Positions 44,285 to 56,290 are shown, counted from the first letter of the stretch. The stretch is 64,000 nt of DNA from Dehalococcoidia bacterium (GCA_964291495.2 OZ219867.1:1-64000), one strand, 5' to 3'. The notes: generated by a model from the letters alone, not told the origin. Program-made: numbers and translations.

Positions 44285-44515
44285 ATGGATGACGAGATCG
44301 CCCGTGAACTAAGGCTCATTCGGGGCTTGCTGGTTGCGCAATTGAGCTACGCACTCCAGCAAGGGGATCAGACTCAGCGCGACGCAATTGCGCTCCTCAG
44401 TAATGCTGGCCTCGAGCCGCGCGAGATCGCTTCGGCTCTTGGCACAACACCAAACAATGTCAGCGTGGCCTTAGTGCAACTTCGGAAGCAGGGGCGCGTT
44501 CGCCCGAAATCGTAG
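44285..44515 (+). CDS. Small HTH protein
   Basis: LSNAGLEPREIASALGTTPNNVSVALVQLRK; divergent from the other two HTH genes. Confidence 0.75.
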   Translation: MDDEIARELRLIRGLLVAQLSYALQQGDQTQRDAIALLSNAGLEPREIASALGTTPNNVSVALVQLRKQGRVRPKS

Positions 44516-44519
44516 CCCC

Positions 44520-45548
44520 CTACTCCAACCCCCGCTCCGCGAGGAGGGCGCAGAGGTCGGCGAGGCGGCACGAGTAGCCGTACTCGTTGTCGTACCAGGC
44601 CATCGTCTTCGCCATCCGGCCGCCGTCCACCACCATCGTCGCCGGCAGGTCGAAGATCGAGGATCCGGGGTGGCTCTTGAAGTCGGTCGAGACCAGCTCC
44701 TGGCGCTCGGCGTAGAGGATGCCCTTCATCGGACCGTCCGCCGCCGCCTCGAAGGCCGCGTTGATCTCCTCCGCCGAGGCCGACGTCACGAGGTCCGTCG
44801 CGAGGTCCACCACGGAGACGGTCGGCGTCGGCACGCGGTAGGCGATGCCGGTCAGCTTGCCCGTCAGCTCGGGGACGATCTGCGCCACCGCTCCCGCCGC
44901 GCCCGTCGAGGTCGGGACGATGTTGAGGCCGGCCGCCCGCGCGCGCCGCAGGTCGCTGTGCTTCGAGTCGACGAGGTTCTGGTCGCGCGTGTAGGCGTGG
45001 ATCGTCGTCATCAGCCCGCGCTCGATGCCGAACGCGTCGTGCAGCACCTTGACCACCGGCACCACGCAGTTCGTCGTGCACGATCCGGCGCTGATCACGT
45101 GGTGGCGCGCCGGGTCGTACTCGTCCTGGTTGACGCCGAGGATGACCATCCAGTCCTCGTCCTTGCCCGGCGCCGAGATGATCACCTTGCGCACCGAGTC
45201 GCCCAGGTGCTGGCCCGCCGTCTCGCGACTGCGGAACGCGCCCGTCGATTCGACGACGACGTCGACGCCGACGGCGCCCCAGTTGATCGCCGCGGGGTCG
45301 TCCTCCTCGAAGACGTGCACGTCGTGACCCTCGATGCTGAAGCAGCCCTCGCCGTCGCTGACCTCGGCCGGGAAGCGGCCGTAGTCCGAGTCGTAGCGCA
45401 GCAGGTGCGTATGCATCTCGACGGGGGTGCGGCCGTTGATGGCGACGACGTCGAAGGTGTCGCGGTGGCGCTCCCACCAGGCGCGCATGAACTGGCGCCC
45501 GGTCCGTCCGAAGCCGTTGATGCCGACTCGGAGCTTCGAGGTGGTCAT
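44520..45548 (-). CDS. gap: Glyceraldehyde-3-phosphate dehydrogenase (type I)
   Basis: GINGFGR, ESTG, SCTTNC, PTSTGAA and WYDNE. Confidence 0.96.
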   Translation of the reverse strand: MTTSKLRVGINGFGRTGRQFMRAWWERHRDTFDVVAINGRTPVEMHTHLLRYDSDYGRFPAEVSDGEGCFSIEGHDVHVFEEDDPAAINWGAVGVDVVVESTGAFRSRETAGQHLGDSVRKVIISAPGKDEDWMVILGVNQDEYDPARHHVISAGSCTTNCVVPVVKVLHDAFGIERGLMTTIHAYTRDQNLVDSKHSDLRRARAAGLNIVPTSTGAAGAVAQIVPELTGKLTGIAYRVPTPTVSVVDLATDLVTSASAEEINAAFEAAADGPMKGILYAERQELVSTDFKSHPGSSIFDLPATMVVDGGRMAKTMAWYDNEYGYSCRLADLCALLAERGLE

Positions 45549-45653
45549 GCGGTCATCCTCTCGCGGTCCGGGGAGAGGGGAGCGACGGCCTCGCCTCGAT
45601 TCTACCGCCTCGGCCCGTTGCCGCGAGGGCGGGCGGCTGCCGATCGAGACGAA

Positions 45654-46550
45654 TCAGAGCAGGATTCGCTTCGGCGCGTCGCCGGGGCGACGGCGGAAGC
45701 TGTCGATCAGGTGCCTGCGCCGGCCCTCGGCGTCCGTGTTCTCCTCGAGGCGGCAGCGGTCGCCGTCCGCGAGCAGGGCCTCCGAGGCGCGGACGTGGGC
45801 GACGGTCTCGTCGCGCAGCTCCTGCGCGGCGGGGAAGTGATCGCGGGCGTGCAGCGCGAGGTGCAGCTGGCTCGCGTCGACCTGCACCAGCCAGCCGAGC
45901 AGCAGCTGCGCCCAGCCGAGGTGGAACGCCTCGTCGGCGAAGACGAGCGGGTAGCGCTGGCGTCCGGCGTCCGCCGCGCTGAACAGCGCCGTCGGGCCGA
46001 AGTTGGGTCTCCCGAGGTCGCCCGCGGCGCGGTAGATCGGGCGCAGCGCCTCGTCGCGGGCGATCGCCTCGCCGCCGAAGAAGTGGCCGAGGCCGACCTC
46101 CTCGGCGCGCGCCTCCTCGTTGCGTTCATAGGCGGCGACGGCCCACTCCGCGAAGGCGTCGGGCTCCTCGTGCAGCGCGGCCTGCGCGGCGACCTGCTCG
46201 ATCGCCTGGCGGATCAGCGGCGCGGCGCTCTGATAGGCGCCGCGGCGCACGAGCGAGGCGGCGTCCGAGGCGCTCAGCAGTGCGCGGCTCCAGAGGCTCG
46301 CGAGCGCTGCCATCGCCATCGTGCGCGCCCGCGGCGTGTAGCCGCTGGCCGCGACACGCACCTGCAGGTCGAACCCCGCCTCGAGGCTGCGCAGCTCCTC
46401 GCCGAGCAGGAAGCCGCTCTGCCGCCAGGCGTCGGTGGCCGCCGCCGACAGACCGTCGGGCTTGCCGGGCAGCGTCCAGCCCTCGGGCACGCGCATCCCG
46501 GACACCCGCTGTGGCGGGTCGAGTGCGCGCATGTCGCCGTTGGTGGTCAT
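45654..46550 (-). CDS. Hypothetical helical protein (possibly HEPN/DUF5677-like)
   Basis: 298-aa ORF with typical codon usage; GAYQSA.PLIRQAIE and IYRAAGDLGRPNF segments. Confidence 0.6.
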   Translation of the reverse strand: MTTNGDMRALDPPQRVSGMRVPEGWTLPGKPDGLSAAATDAWRQSGFLLGEELRSLEAGFDLQVRVAASGYTPRARTMAMAALASLWSRALLSASDAASLVRRGAYQSAAPLIRQAIEQVAAQAALHEEPDAFAEWAVAAYERNEEARAEEVGLGHFFGGEAIARDEALRPIYRAAGDLGRPNFGPTALFSAADAGRQRYPLVFADEAFHLGWAQLLLGWLVQVDASQLHLALHARDHFPAAQELRDETVAHVRASEALLADGDRCRLEENTDAEGRRRHLIDSFRRRPGDAPKRILL

Positions 46551-46655
46551 ACGGGCATTGTGCGGGATCGGCGCGGGACGTGGCAGGCTCGGTCCCCGGT
46601 ACCCATTCGTGCTACGATCCGCCGGCGACCGCTCTCGCACCGGACGGGGCTGCCC

Positions 46656-47042
46656 ATGACGACCGCAGCGGCCGACGCTACTCAGGTCTTCGCCGACGCT
46701 CGCCGGATGCACGAGGCTGCCCTGGAGCGGATGGCGGCGGGCGACATTCGCGACGCGGCGGAGAAGGCGTGGTGCGCCGCCAAACGCGCCACCGACGCGC
46801 TGATCCTCGCGCGCACCGGCGAGGAGCCGCGGCGCTCCACGGACACGGGCGCCGGCCTGCGCGAGATCGCAAGGCGCGACGCGGGTGCTCGCTCCCTGCG
46901 AGCGCGCTACTACGAGCGCCAGGGCGCGCTGCACGGCGAGTGTTTCTACATCGGCTTGTGCGAACCGCTCGATGAGACGGAACTACTGATCCGCGAGACC
47001 GCAGACTACATCGAGGACGCCCGGCGGCTCGCCGGGGTCTGA
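46656..47042 (+). CDS. PaREP1-like HEPN-domain protein
   Basis: GDIRDAAEKAW.A and LHGECFY motifs; real ATG at 46656 inside the long spurious ORF 44670-47042. Confidence 0.75.
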   Translation: MTTAAADATQVFADARRMHEAALERMAAGDIRDAAEKAWCAAKRATDALILARTGEEPRRSTDTGAGLREIARRDAGARSLRARYYERQGALHGECFYIGLCEPLDETELLIRETADYIEDARRLAGV

Positions 47043-47064
47043 ACGAGGCTGATCCGCGAAGTCG

Positions 47065-49336
<2,272 letters not shown>

Positions 49337-49462
49337 AGGCGGTCACGCGTCCTTTCGCCTCCGTCGGGGTTGGTGCAACCGGTCGGCGGCGGCGGGCCGC
49401 GCCAGTATAGGGGATGGAGATCGGCGTGCGCGCACAAGCCGCCGCGAGATCCGCCGTATCTC

Positions 49463-50182
49463 TCACCATGCGGCCTGCTGCGGGAACGCTTCGTCGCCGA
49501 TCAGCGGGACGAAGCGGCAGCCGCCGAGCGAGCGCTGCCGCACCCCTCCGCCGCGCCTGGTGACCACCAGCAACTCCTGTCCCACGCGATCCCCGACCGG
49601 GATCACGAGCCGCCCACGATCGGCGAGCTGCTCGACGAGCCCGGGGGGCACGGAGGGCGCCGCGGCGGTCACGAGGATCGCGTCGAAGGGCGCCTCGGCG
49701 GGCGCGCCCAGCCGCTCGCCGGCGGCGAGGCAGCGCACGTTGCGCAGCCCCACGTGCGCCAGCCTCCGGGCCGCCGCGACCCGCAGGTCCTCGATGCGCT
49801 CGACGGCGACGACCTCAGCGGCGAGGTGCGCCAGCACCGCCGCCTGGTAGCCCGAGCCCGCGCCCACCTCGAGCACGCGCTCGCCGCCGTCGGGCCCGGC
49901 GAGGGCGGCCGCCTCCGTCATCAGGCCGACGATCAGCGGCTGCGAGATGGTCTGCTCGTGGCCGATCGGGAGTGCGCTGTCCTCGTAGGCGAAGCTGCGC
50001 AACTCGGGCGGAACGAACTCGTGGCGGGGCACCGACCGCATCGCGTCCAGCACGCGCCCGTCGCGCACCTCGCGGGCGACGAACGCGACCATCTCCTCGC
50101 GCGCCTCGACGAGCGAGCGCGCGCTCTCGCCGGCCGCGCCGTTGCGCCGGTCGGAGCGCTTGCGCTTGCGGCGGCGGAACAT
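49463..50182 (-). CDS. pcm: Protein-L-isoaspartate O-methyltransferase
   Basis: VPRHEFVP, QTISQP, LEVGAGSGYQ, PFDAI and FVPLIG. Confidence 0.95.
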   Translation of the reverse strand: MFRRRKRKRSDRRNGAAGESARSLVEAREEMVAFVAREVRDGRVLDAMRSVPRHEFVPPELRSFAYEDSALPIGHEQTISQPLIVGLMTEAAALAGPDGGERVLEVGAGSGYQAAVLAHLAAEVVAVERIEDLRVAAARRLAHVGLRNVRCLAAGERLGAPAEAPFDAILVTAAAPSVPPGLVEQLADRGRLVIPVGDRVGQELLVVTRRGGGVRQRSLGGCRFVPLIGDEAFPQQAAW

Positions 50183-50204
50183 CGGTCGGCGATCCCGAGG
50201 TGCG

Positions 50205-52097
50205 CTACAGCGAGCGCTTGACGGTCTCGGCGAGGCGGCGGCTCACGCCCTGCGTGGCCGCGATCTCCTCGATGGAGGCGGCGCGCAGCGCCTTGACCGA
50301 GCCGAACTTGCGCAGCAGCGCGCGCTTGCGCTTCGGCCCGATGCCCGGCACCGCGTCGAGGGCGGACTGGCGCACGCGCTTGCCGCGGACGGTGCGGTGG
50401 TAGGTGACGGCGAAGCGGTGCGCCTCATCGCGCACGCGTTGCAGCAGGTAGAGCGCCTGCGAGGTGCGCGGCAGGCGCACCGGCTCGGCGAGGTCGGCGA
50501 CGTAGATCTCCTCCTCGCGCTTGGCGAGCCCGCAGGCCGGCACGTCGCCGAGCCCGAGGTCGCGCAGCACGTCGAGCGCCGCCCCAAGCTGCCCTCGTCC
50601 GCCGTCGATCACGACGAGGCCGGGCAGCCTGTCCCACGGCGCTTCGGGCGCGTCCGGCTCGTCCGCCGCCGCGGCCTCCTCCGCGCCGTTGGTCTCGTGC
50701 TCCAGGCCGCGGCGCTCCGCGAGGCGCTTGAAGCGGCGCGTCAGCACCTCGCGCATCGACGCGAAGTCGTCCTGGCCCTCGACGCTGCGGATGCGGAAGC
50801 GACGGTACTGGTCGCTGCGCGGGCGGCCATCCTCGAACACCACCATCGAGGCCACCGTGTCGCTGCCCTGGATCGTCGAGATGTCGTAGCACTCGATGCG
50901 CAGCGGGCGCTCCGGCAGATCGAGCTCGTCCTGCAGGGTGGAGAGGGCGGCTGCGGTCTTGTCGCGGTCGGCGAGCCAGCGTACGCGGTGCATCGCGAGC
51001 GCCTCGCGGGCGTTCTCCTCGGCAGTGGCCACGAGGGCGCGCAGCTCGCCGCGCTCCGGCACCGCTAGTTCGACGGCCCCGCCGCGCTTCGCGCGCAGCG
51101 CCTCGCGCAGCTGCTCGCGGTCGGCAGGGGCCTGCGAGAGCAGCACGCTGCGCGGCACGTACGTCGCCGACTCGTAGAACTGCGCGAGGAACGCTCCCAG
51201 CACCTCGCCGTCGCCAGCGTCGGGCGCCTCGCGCGCGCCGTCGAGCATGAACGAGTCGGTGTCGGCGACGACGGTGCCGCGCACGAAGAAGACCTGCACG
51301 CAGGCCTCGTCGTCGCTGCGCGCGAGCGCGAAGACATCGGCGTCGAGGGAGTTGGTGGTGGCCATGCGCTGGCGCTCGGTGACGCGGCGGATCGCCTCGG
51401 CCTGGTCGCGCAGGCGGGCGGCGCGCTCGAACTCAAGCCCGTCCGCGGCCTCGTGCATCTGCTGCTCGACGTGCTTCAGCACGTCGCTACTGCGGCCCTC
51501 GAGGAAGAGCAGCGTCTGGTCGATGACCTCGCGGTACTCCTCGGGCGTGCAGTAGGCGGTGCAGGGCGCGATGCAGCGCTTGATGTAGTAGTCGAGGCAG
51601 GGGCGGGGGTCCGTACCGGTGATCGTCTTGGTGCAGGAGCGCCAGGGGAAGAGCTTCTTCACCACGTCGAGCGTGCGCCGCACCGAGCCCGCCGAGGCGT
51701 ACGGCCCGAAGTAGCGCGCGCCGTCCTGCTCGACGCGGCGGGTGATGGTGACGCGCGGCCAGTCCTCCTGCACATCGACCTTGAGGTAGGGGTAGTGCTT
51801 GTCGTCCTTGAGCCGGACGTTGTAGACGGGCTGGTGGCGCTTGACGAGGGTGGCCTCCAGCAGCAGCGCCTCCGCCTCGTTGCTGGTGACGACGTGGTCG
51901 AGGGTATCGATCTGCTCGACGAGCGCGTGGATGCGGCGCTCCATGCTGCGGCCGGAGCCGAAGTAGGAGCGCACGCGGGAGCGCAGCCGGCGCGCCTTGC
52001 CGATGTAGAGCACCTGCCCGCGGGCGTCCTTCATCAGGTAGACGCCCGGACGCTCCGGAAGCGCCCGAGCCTGCTCGAGGACAGCGGACTCGGTCAT
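50205..52097 (-). CDS. uvrC: Excinuclease ABC subunit C
   Basis: PGVY..YIGKA GIY-YIG domain, Cys cluster, RIECYDIS, IDGGRGQL, RDEAHRFA and HhH. Confidence 0.96.
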   Translation of the reverse strand: MTESAVLEQARALPERPGVYLMKDARGQVLYIGKARRLRSRVRSYFGSGRSMERRIHALVEQIDTLDHVVTSNEAEALLLEATLVKRHQPVYNVRLKDDKHYPYLKVDVQEDWPRVTITRRVEQDGARYFGPYASAGSVRRTLDVVKKLFPWRSCTKTITGTDPRPCLDYYIKRCIAPCTAYCTPEEYREVIDQTLLFLEGRSSDVLKHVEQQMHEAADGLEFERAARLRDQAEAIRRVTERQRMATTNSLDADVFALARSDDEACVQVFFVRGTVVADTDSFMLDGAREAPDAGDGEVLGAFLAQFYESATYVPRSVLLSQAPADREQLREALRAKRGGAVELAVPERGELRALVATAEENAREALAMHRVRWLADRDKTAAALSTLQDELDLPERPLRIECYDISTIQGSDTVASMVVFEDGRPRSDQYRRFRIRSVEGQDDFASMREVLTRRFKRLAERRGLEHETNGAEEAAAADEPDAPEAPWDRLPGLVVIDGGRGQLGAALDVLRDLGLGDVPACGLAKREEEIYVADLAEPVRLPRTSQALYLLQRVRDEAHRFAVTYHRTVRGKRVRQSALDAVPGIGPKRKRALLRKFGSVKALRAASIEEIAATQGVSRRLAETVKRSL

Positions 52098-52247
52098 GCA
52101 ATCCAGTGTAGCGTCGCGCGCGATCGCCGGGCGGCGGCGGCGCGCTTCGGGCGCCAATCCGCCCCACTTGGGCCCGCCTCGGTTGACCGTCTAGCGCGAA
52201 GTGGCTATGACTATTGTTGGTCGCCCGAGGCGAACGGAGGCGACTCT

Positions 52248-52679
52248 ATCAAGTTCATTGCAGTCGTGCTGCTGGGCCTTTCCTGCGTCCTCGCCGTGAG
52301 TTGTGGGCAGGGTTCGGCATTCTCCCTGGAAGTTGGAGACTGCCTCGACGAGCCGCAAGGCGGTGAGTTCTCGGACGTCGACAAGGTTCCGTGTGACGAA
52401 CCGCACGAGCTCGAGGTCTTTGCAGTCGTTCAGCACCCAGCGGGGGACGACGCGCCCTTCCCCGGGGCCGCCCGTATCGAGCAAGTCGCCTTCGATCTCT
52501 GCTTTGCATTCTTCGAGGACTACGTCGATCGGCCCTATCCCGACTCCCTTCTGGACATCGCCACGTTCAACCCGACCCAGGGCTCCTGGGACGACATCGA
52601 TGATCGAGAGATCGTCTGCCTGTTGTACGACCTGGAGTCCCGATACATGGACGAAAGCATGAAAGGCAGTCGCCGCTAG
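52248..52679 (+). CDS. Septum_form-family Cys-rich lipoprotein; probable ATC start
   Basis: Lipobox AVSC, then LEVGDC, VPCDEPHELEV and PTQGSW...DREIVC; GGAGG 7 nt before ATC. Confidence 0.75.
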   Translation: MKFIAVVLLGLSCVLAVSCGQGSAFSLEVGDCLDEPQGGEFSDVDKVPCDEPHELEVFAVVQHPAGDDAPFPGAARIEQVAFDLCFAFFEDYVDRPYPDSLLDIATFNPTQGSWDDIDDREIVCLLYDLESRYMDESMKGSRR

Positions 52680-52727
52680 CCTCGCCGCAGCGACGCGCGA
52701 GCACTGCCGGGCGACTGAGTTAGCTCG

Positions 52728-54059
52728 CTACGTCGCGTCCTCCGTGTAGACGGTGCCGATGACGCCGTCCGCCTCGAGGCGCTGGTACTCCTCCTCGCTG
52801 AGGCCGAGCAGGCCGCAGAGCAGCTCGTGGTTGTGCTGGCCCAACGTGGGGGCGGGGGCGCGCACCGGGCTCAGCGGCTGCTCGGAGAAGCGGGCGAGCG
52901 GGCCGGGGTAGAGGTGCGTGCCCGCCTCCGGGTGCGTGATCGGCTCGAAGAAGCCACGCGCCTGCAGCTGCGGATCGGCGTGCATCAGCGTCTGGCGGTT
53001 GACCATCGCCGCGGGCACGCCGGCCCCTTGCAGCAGCAGCATCAGCTCGCGCGCCGTGTGCAGCCGCGTCCACTCCTCGATGCGCGGCTCCAGCTCGTCC
53101 TGGTTGCGGTAGCGCGAGACCACGTCGGCGTAGCGCTCGTCCGAGGCCAGCTCGGGCGCGCCCATCGCCTCGCAGAGCGCCGCCCAGGCGGCATCGCTGG
53201 GCACGGCGATCGCGACATAAGGGAGCAGGTCATGCTCCAGCCCCGGCTCCTCGGCGGTGGGGAAGATGCCGTAGGGGGCCATCGATGGGTGGCGGTTGCC
53301 CCAGTGCTCTTGCAGCCGCCCGTTCAGCTCGTGGTCCATCCAGGCGTGCGAGACGTGGTGCATCACCGCTTCCGACTGCGCCAGCTCGACGAGCCGCCCC
53401 TCGCCGGTGCGCTCGCGCTGGTAGAGCGCGGTCTGCAGGGCGAAGGCCATGTGCGCCCCGGCGTTGGGGTCGGCGTGGTAGGTGGGCGGCGTCTGCGAGG
53501 GGTCGGAGTCGCGGTAGCCGCGGATCAGGGTGTGCCCGGCCAGCGCCTCCATCGCCGCCCCGAAGCCCTTGAAGTCGCGGTAGGGGCCGCTCAGGCCGAA
53601 GCCGGGGAAGCGGATCATGATCAGCCGCGGGTTCACCTCGGACAGCGTCGGCCAATCGATGCCCAGGCTCGCGACGACGCCCTCCGCGTTGTTCTCGATG
53701 AACGCGTCGGAGTGGCGCACGAGCTCCAGGAACAGCTCGTGCCCCCGCTCGCTGTGGAGGTCGAGCGTGACGCTCTTGTGGGCGCGCTTCGCGTAGTTGA
53801 AGAACGTATAGCGATTCCAGAACCCCTCGCTCGTGTCGCGGTTCACGAGGCCCGCGCCCGTGGCGCCCTCGCGCAGCCGCTCCGAGATGTGGCGGTAGAA
53901 GGTGCGCGTCGGGTTGAGGTGCTGGATCGACTCGATCTCGATCACCTCCGCGCCGAGGTCGGCGAGGATCATCGAGCCGAACGGACCGGCCCAGACGATC
54001 CCCTGCGCGAGCACGCGCACGCCCCCCAGCGGCAGCCCGGCCGACGGCTGCGTGGCCAT
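52728..54059 (-). CDS. Family III CoA-transferase (CaiB/BaiF), Asp-containing subunit
   Basis: AGPFG..LADLGAEVI, GFGLSGPY, YHADP (catalytic Asp position) and APTLGQHN. Confidence 0.92.
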   Translation of the reverse strand: MATQPSAGLPLGGVRVLAQGIVWAGPFGSMILADLGAEVIEIESIQHLNPTRTFYRHISERLREGATGAGLVNRDTSEGFWNRYTFFNYAKRAHKSVTLDLHSERGHELFLELVRHSDAFIENNAEGVVASLGIDWPTLSEVNPRLIMIRFPGFGLSGPYRDFKGFGAAMEALAGHTLIRGYRDSDPSQTPPTYHADPNAGAHMAFALQTALYQRERTGEGRLVELAQSEAVMHHVSHAWMDHELNGRLQEHWGNRHPSMAPYGIFPTAEEPGLEHDLLPYVAIAVPSDAAWAALCEAMGAPELASDERYADVVSRYRNQDELEPRIEEWTRLHTARELMLLLQGAGVPAAMVNRQTLMHADPQLQARGFFEPITHPEAGTHLYPGPLARFSEQPLSPVRAPAPTLGQHNHELLCGLLGLSEEEYQRLEADGVIGTVYTEDAT

Positions 54060-55294
54060 CAGACGACGTTCCGCTGGCGCAGTTGCACGATCTGCTCGCG
54101 GCTGTAGCCGAGCCCGCTCAGCACCTCGACGGTGTGCTCGCCGAGCAGCGGCGCGGGACGCAGCTGCACGGGCGTGCCGTGCAGCGTGAAGGGCGGACCG
54201 AAGTACTCGAGGCGTCCGGCTGCGGGGTGCTCGACGCTCTGGAAGTAGCCGCGCCCGCGCACGTGGGGGTCGCTGCTCAGGTCCTCCATCGTGTAGATCG
54301 CGGTCGCGCCCAGCCCGTGCGCCTGCGCCTCCATCATCGCCTCGCGCTTGGTCTTCGAGAGCACCCAGGGCAGGAACAGCTCGTCGACCTTCGGGCCGAG
54401 CGCGGGGTCGTCGAGGCGGTCGACGTACTCGGGGTCGTCGATCAGGTCGGGCCGGCCGAGCAGGCGGCAGAGCCGGTCCCACCAGCGGATCGAGGCGTTG
54501 ATGTGCACGTAGCCGTCCTTGCAGGGGTAGGGCCCGCTCGGCAGCGAGCTGGTGGCCGCCGAGGCGATCCCGTGGCCGAGCGCGCCGGTGTACTGCGTCG
54601 AGAGCAGATTGGTGCCGCCACGGTCCATCGAGCCGGCCAGCACCTCCATCAGCGACACGTCCGCACGCTCGCCGTGACCGCTACGGCGTCCGCCCGTAAG
54701 CGCGCCGAAGGCATACGCCGCCACCACGCCGCCGGCGAGGAAGAGCGGGGCGTAGATGCCGAGCTTGACCGGCTCGCGGCCCTCCATGAGCGTGATCGAG
54801 AGCACGCCGCCCATCGCGTAGGCGAGCATGTCGTCCGCCGCGAAGTCGCGGTACGGGCCGTCCTGCCCGAAGTTGGAGATGCGCATCAGCGAGAGCGCGG
54901 GATTGGCCTCGCGCAGCGCCGGGTCGCCGATGCCGAGCCGCTCGAGCGTCCCCGGCCGGAAGCTCTCGACGGCGAGATCGGCCTGCTCGGCGAGCCGCAG
55001 CAGGATCGCGCGCCCGCTCGCCGTCTTGAGGTTGAGCGTGACGCTGCGCTTGCCGGTGTTGAGCGCGAGGAACATGCCGCTGCGCTCGCGGTGCGGCTCG
55101 TCGCCGGGGAACGGCCCGAAGCGCCGTGAGACGTCGCCGCGCGCGGGATGCTCGATCTTCGTGACCTCCGCCCCGTAGTCCGCGAACAGCTTTGTGGCGT
55201 AGGGGCCGGTGATGCCCTGCGAGAGATCGAGGATGCGGAGACCCTGGAGCGGTCCTGGCTCGGCGGACGGGGCAGCGCTGGATTCTGTGGACAC
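54059..55294 (-). CDS. Family III CoA-transferase (CaiB/BaiF), subunit lacking the catalytic Asp
   Basis: GPYATKLFADYGAEV, NTGKRS, NFGQDGPY and APLLGEHT; TGATG coupling to the next gene. Confidence 0.9.
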   Translation of the reverse strand: MSTESSAAPSAEPGPLQGLRILDLSQGITGPYATKLFADYGAEVTKIEHPARGDVSRRFGPFPGDEPHRERSGMFLALNTGKRSVTLNLKTASGRAILLRLAEQADLAVESFRPGTLERLGIGDPALREANPALSLMRISNFGQDGPYRDFAADDMLAYAMGGVLSITLMEGREPVKLGIYAPLFLAGGVVAAYAFGALTGGRRSGHGERADVSLMEVLAGSMDRGGTNLLSTQYTGALGHGIASAATSSLPSGPYPCKDGYVHINASIRWWDRLCRLLGRPDLIDDPEYVDRLDDPALGPKVDELFLPWVLSKTKREAMMEAQAHGLGATAIYTMEDLSSDPHVRGRGYFQSVEHPAAGRLEYFGPPFTLHGTPVQLRPAPLLGEHTVEVLSGLGYSREQIVQLRQRNVV

Positions 55295-55419
55295 GGCGCC
55301 TCCGGAAACGGGCCCGGCGATTCTGGCCGATCGCGTGGCGATCCTCAAAGCGACCGCTCCCCTGCAGCCGGCGGAGCGGGTCGGCTCGACGCATGTATCG
55401 TGGCCCCGAGGAGGGCGCG

Positions 55420-56283
55420 ATGTCGGATGCAAGCGGGCGCACGGTCGTGCTGAGCGGTGCGACCTCGGGCATCGGCAGGGCGGCCGCACACGCCCTCGCT
55501 GCCGGCGGCGCACACCTCACGCTCGTCGGCCGCAACGAGGCGTTGCTCGCCGAACTGACGGCCGAGCTGGGCGAGGCGACCGACTGGGTGCTCGCCGACC
55601 TCACGAGCCTCGAGGAGACGCGGCGCGCAGCCGCGCAGATCCGCGAGCGCCACGGCCGCCTCGACGTGCTCATCAACAACGCCGGCGGATTCTTCTCGAG
55701 GCGGGGAGAGAGTGCCGAGGGACTGGAGCTGTCCCTCGCGCTCAATCACCTCTCGCCGTTCGTGCTCACCTCGGAACTGCTGCCGCTGCTGCGAGCGGCG
55801 GCCGAGGAGGACCGCGAGCGCGGCGCGCGCATCGTCAACGTGGCCTCCAGCGCCCACCGCTCGGGCGTGCAGTGGGACGACCTCGCCTGCGAGCGCCGCT
55901 ACGGGATGATGCGCGCCTACGGCCAGGCCAAGGCGCTGATGATCATGACCACGAACGAGCTTGCGAGGCGCCTCGAGGGCATGGGAGTGACCGCGAACAG
56001 CGTTCACCCGGGGGTCGTGCGCACCGGTATCGCGCGAAAGTCCGGCAACCGCCTCATGGGCATCGGGTTCGACCTCATTGCGCGCTGGGCACTGCTGTCG
56101 CCGGAGCGCGGAGCTTCGTACGTCCTGCGCCTCGCGATTTCCGAGGAGCTGGCGGGCGTCAGCGGAACCTACTGGAGCAAGGACCGGCTCGAGGAGCCCG
56201 CCGGGGACGCCGCCGACCGCTCGGCGCAGCAGCGGGCGTGGACGCTGTCCGAGGAGTTGGCGGGGATGGCGGCAGCGGGCTGA
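55420..56283 (+). CDS. SDR oxidoreductase (retinol dehydrogenase/WWOX-like)
   Basis: SGATSGIG, NNAG, NHLSPF, YGQAK and HPGVVRT. Confidence 0.9.
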   Translation: MSDASGRTVVLSGATSGIGRAAAHALAAGGAHLTLVGRNEALLAELTAELGEATDWVLADLTSLEETRRAAAQIRERHGRLDVLINNAGGFFSRRGESAEGLELSLALNHLSPFVLTSELLPLLRAAAEEDRERGARIVNVASSAHRSGVQWDDLACERRYGMMRAYGQAKALMIMTTNELARRLEGMGVTANSVHPGVVRTGIARKSGNRLMGIGFDLIARWALLSPERGASYVLRLAISEELAGVSGTYWSKDRLEEPAGDAADRSAQQRAWTLSEELAGMAAAG

Positions 56284-56290
56284 GCCGCGG

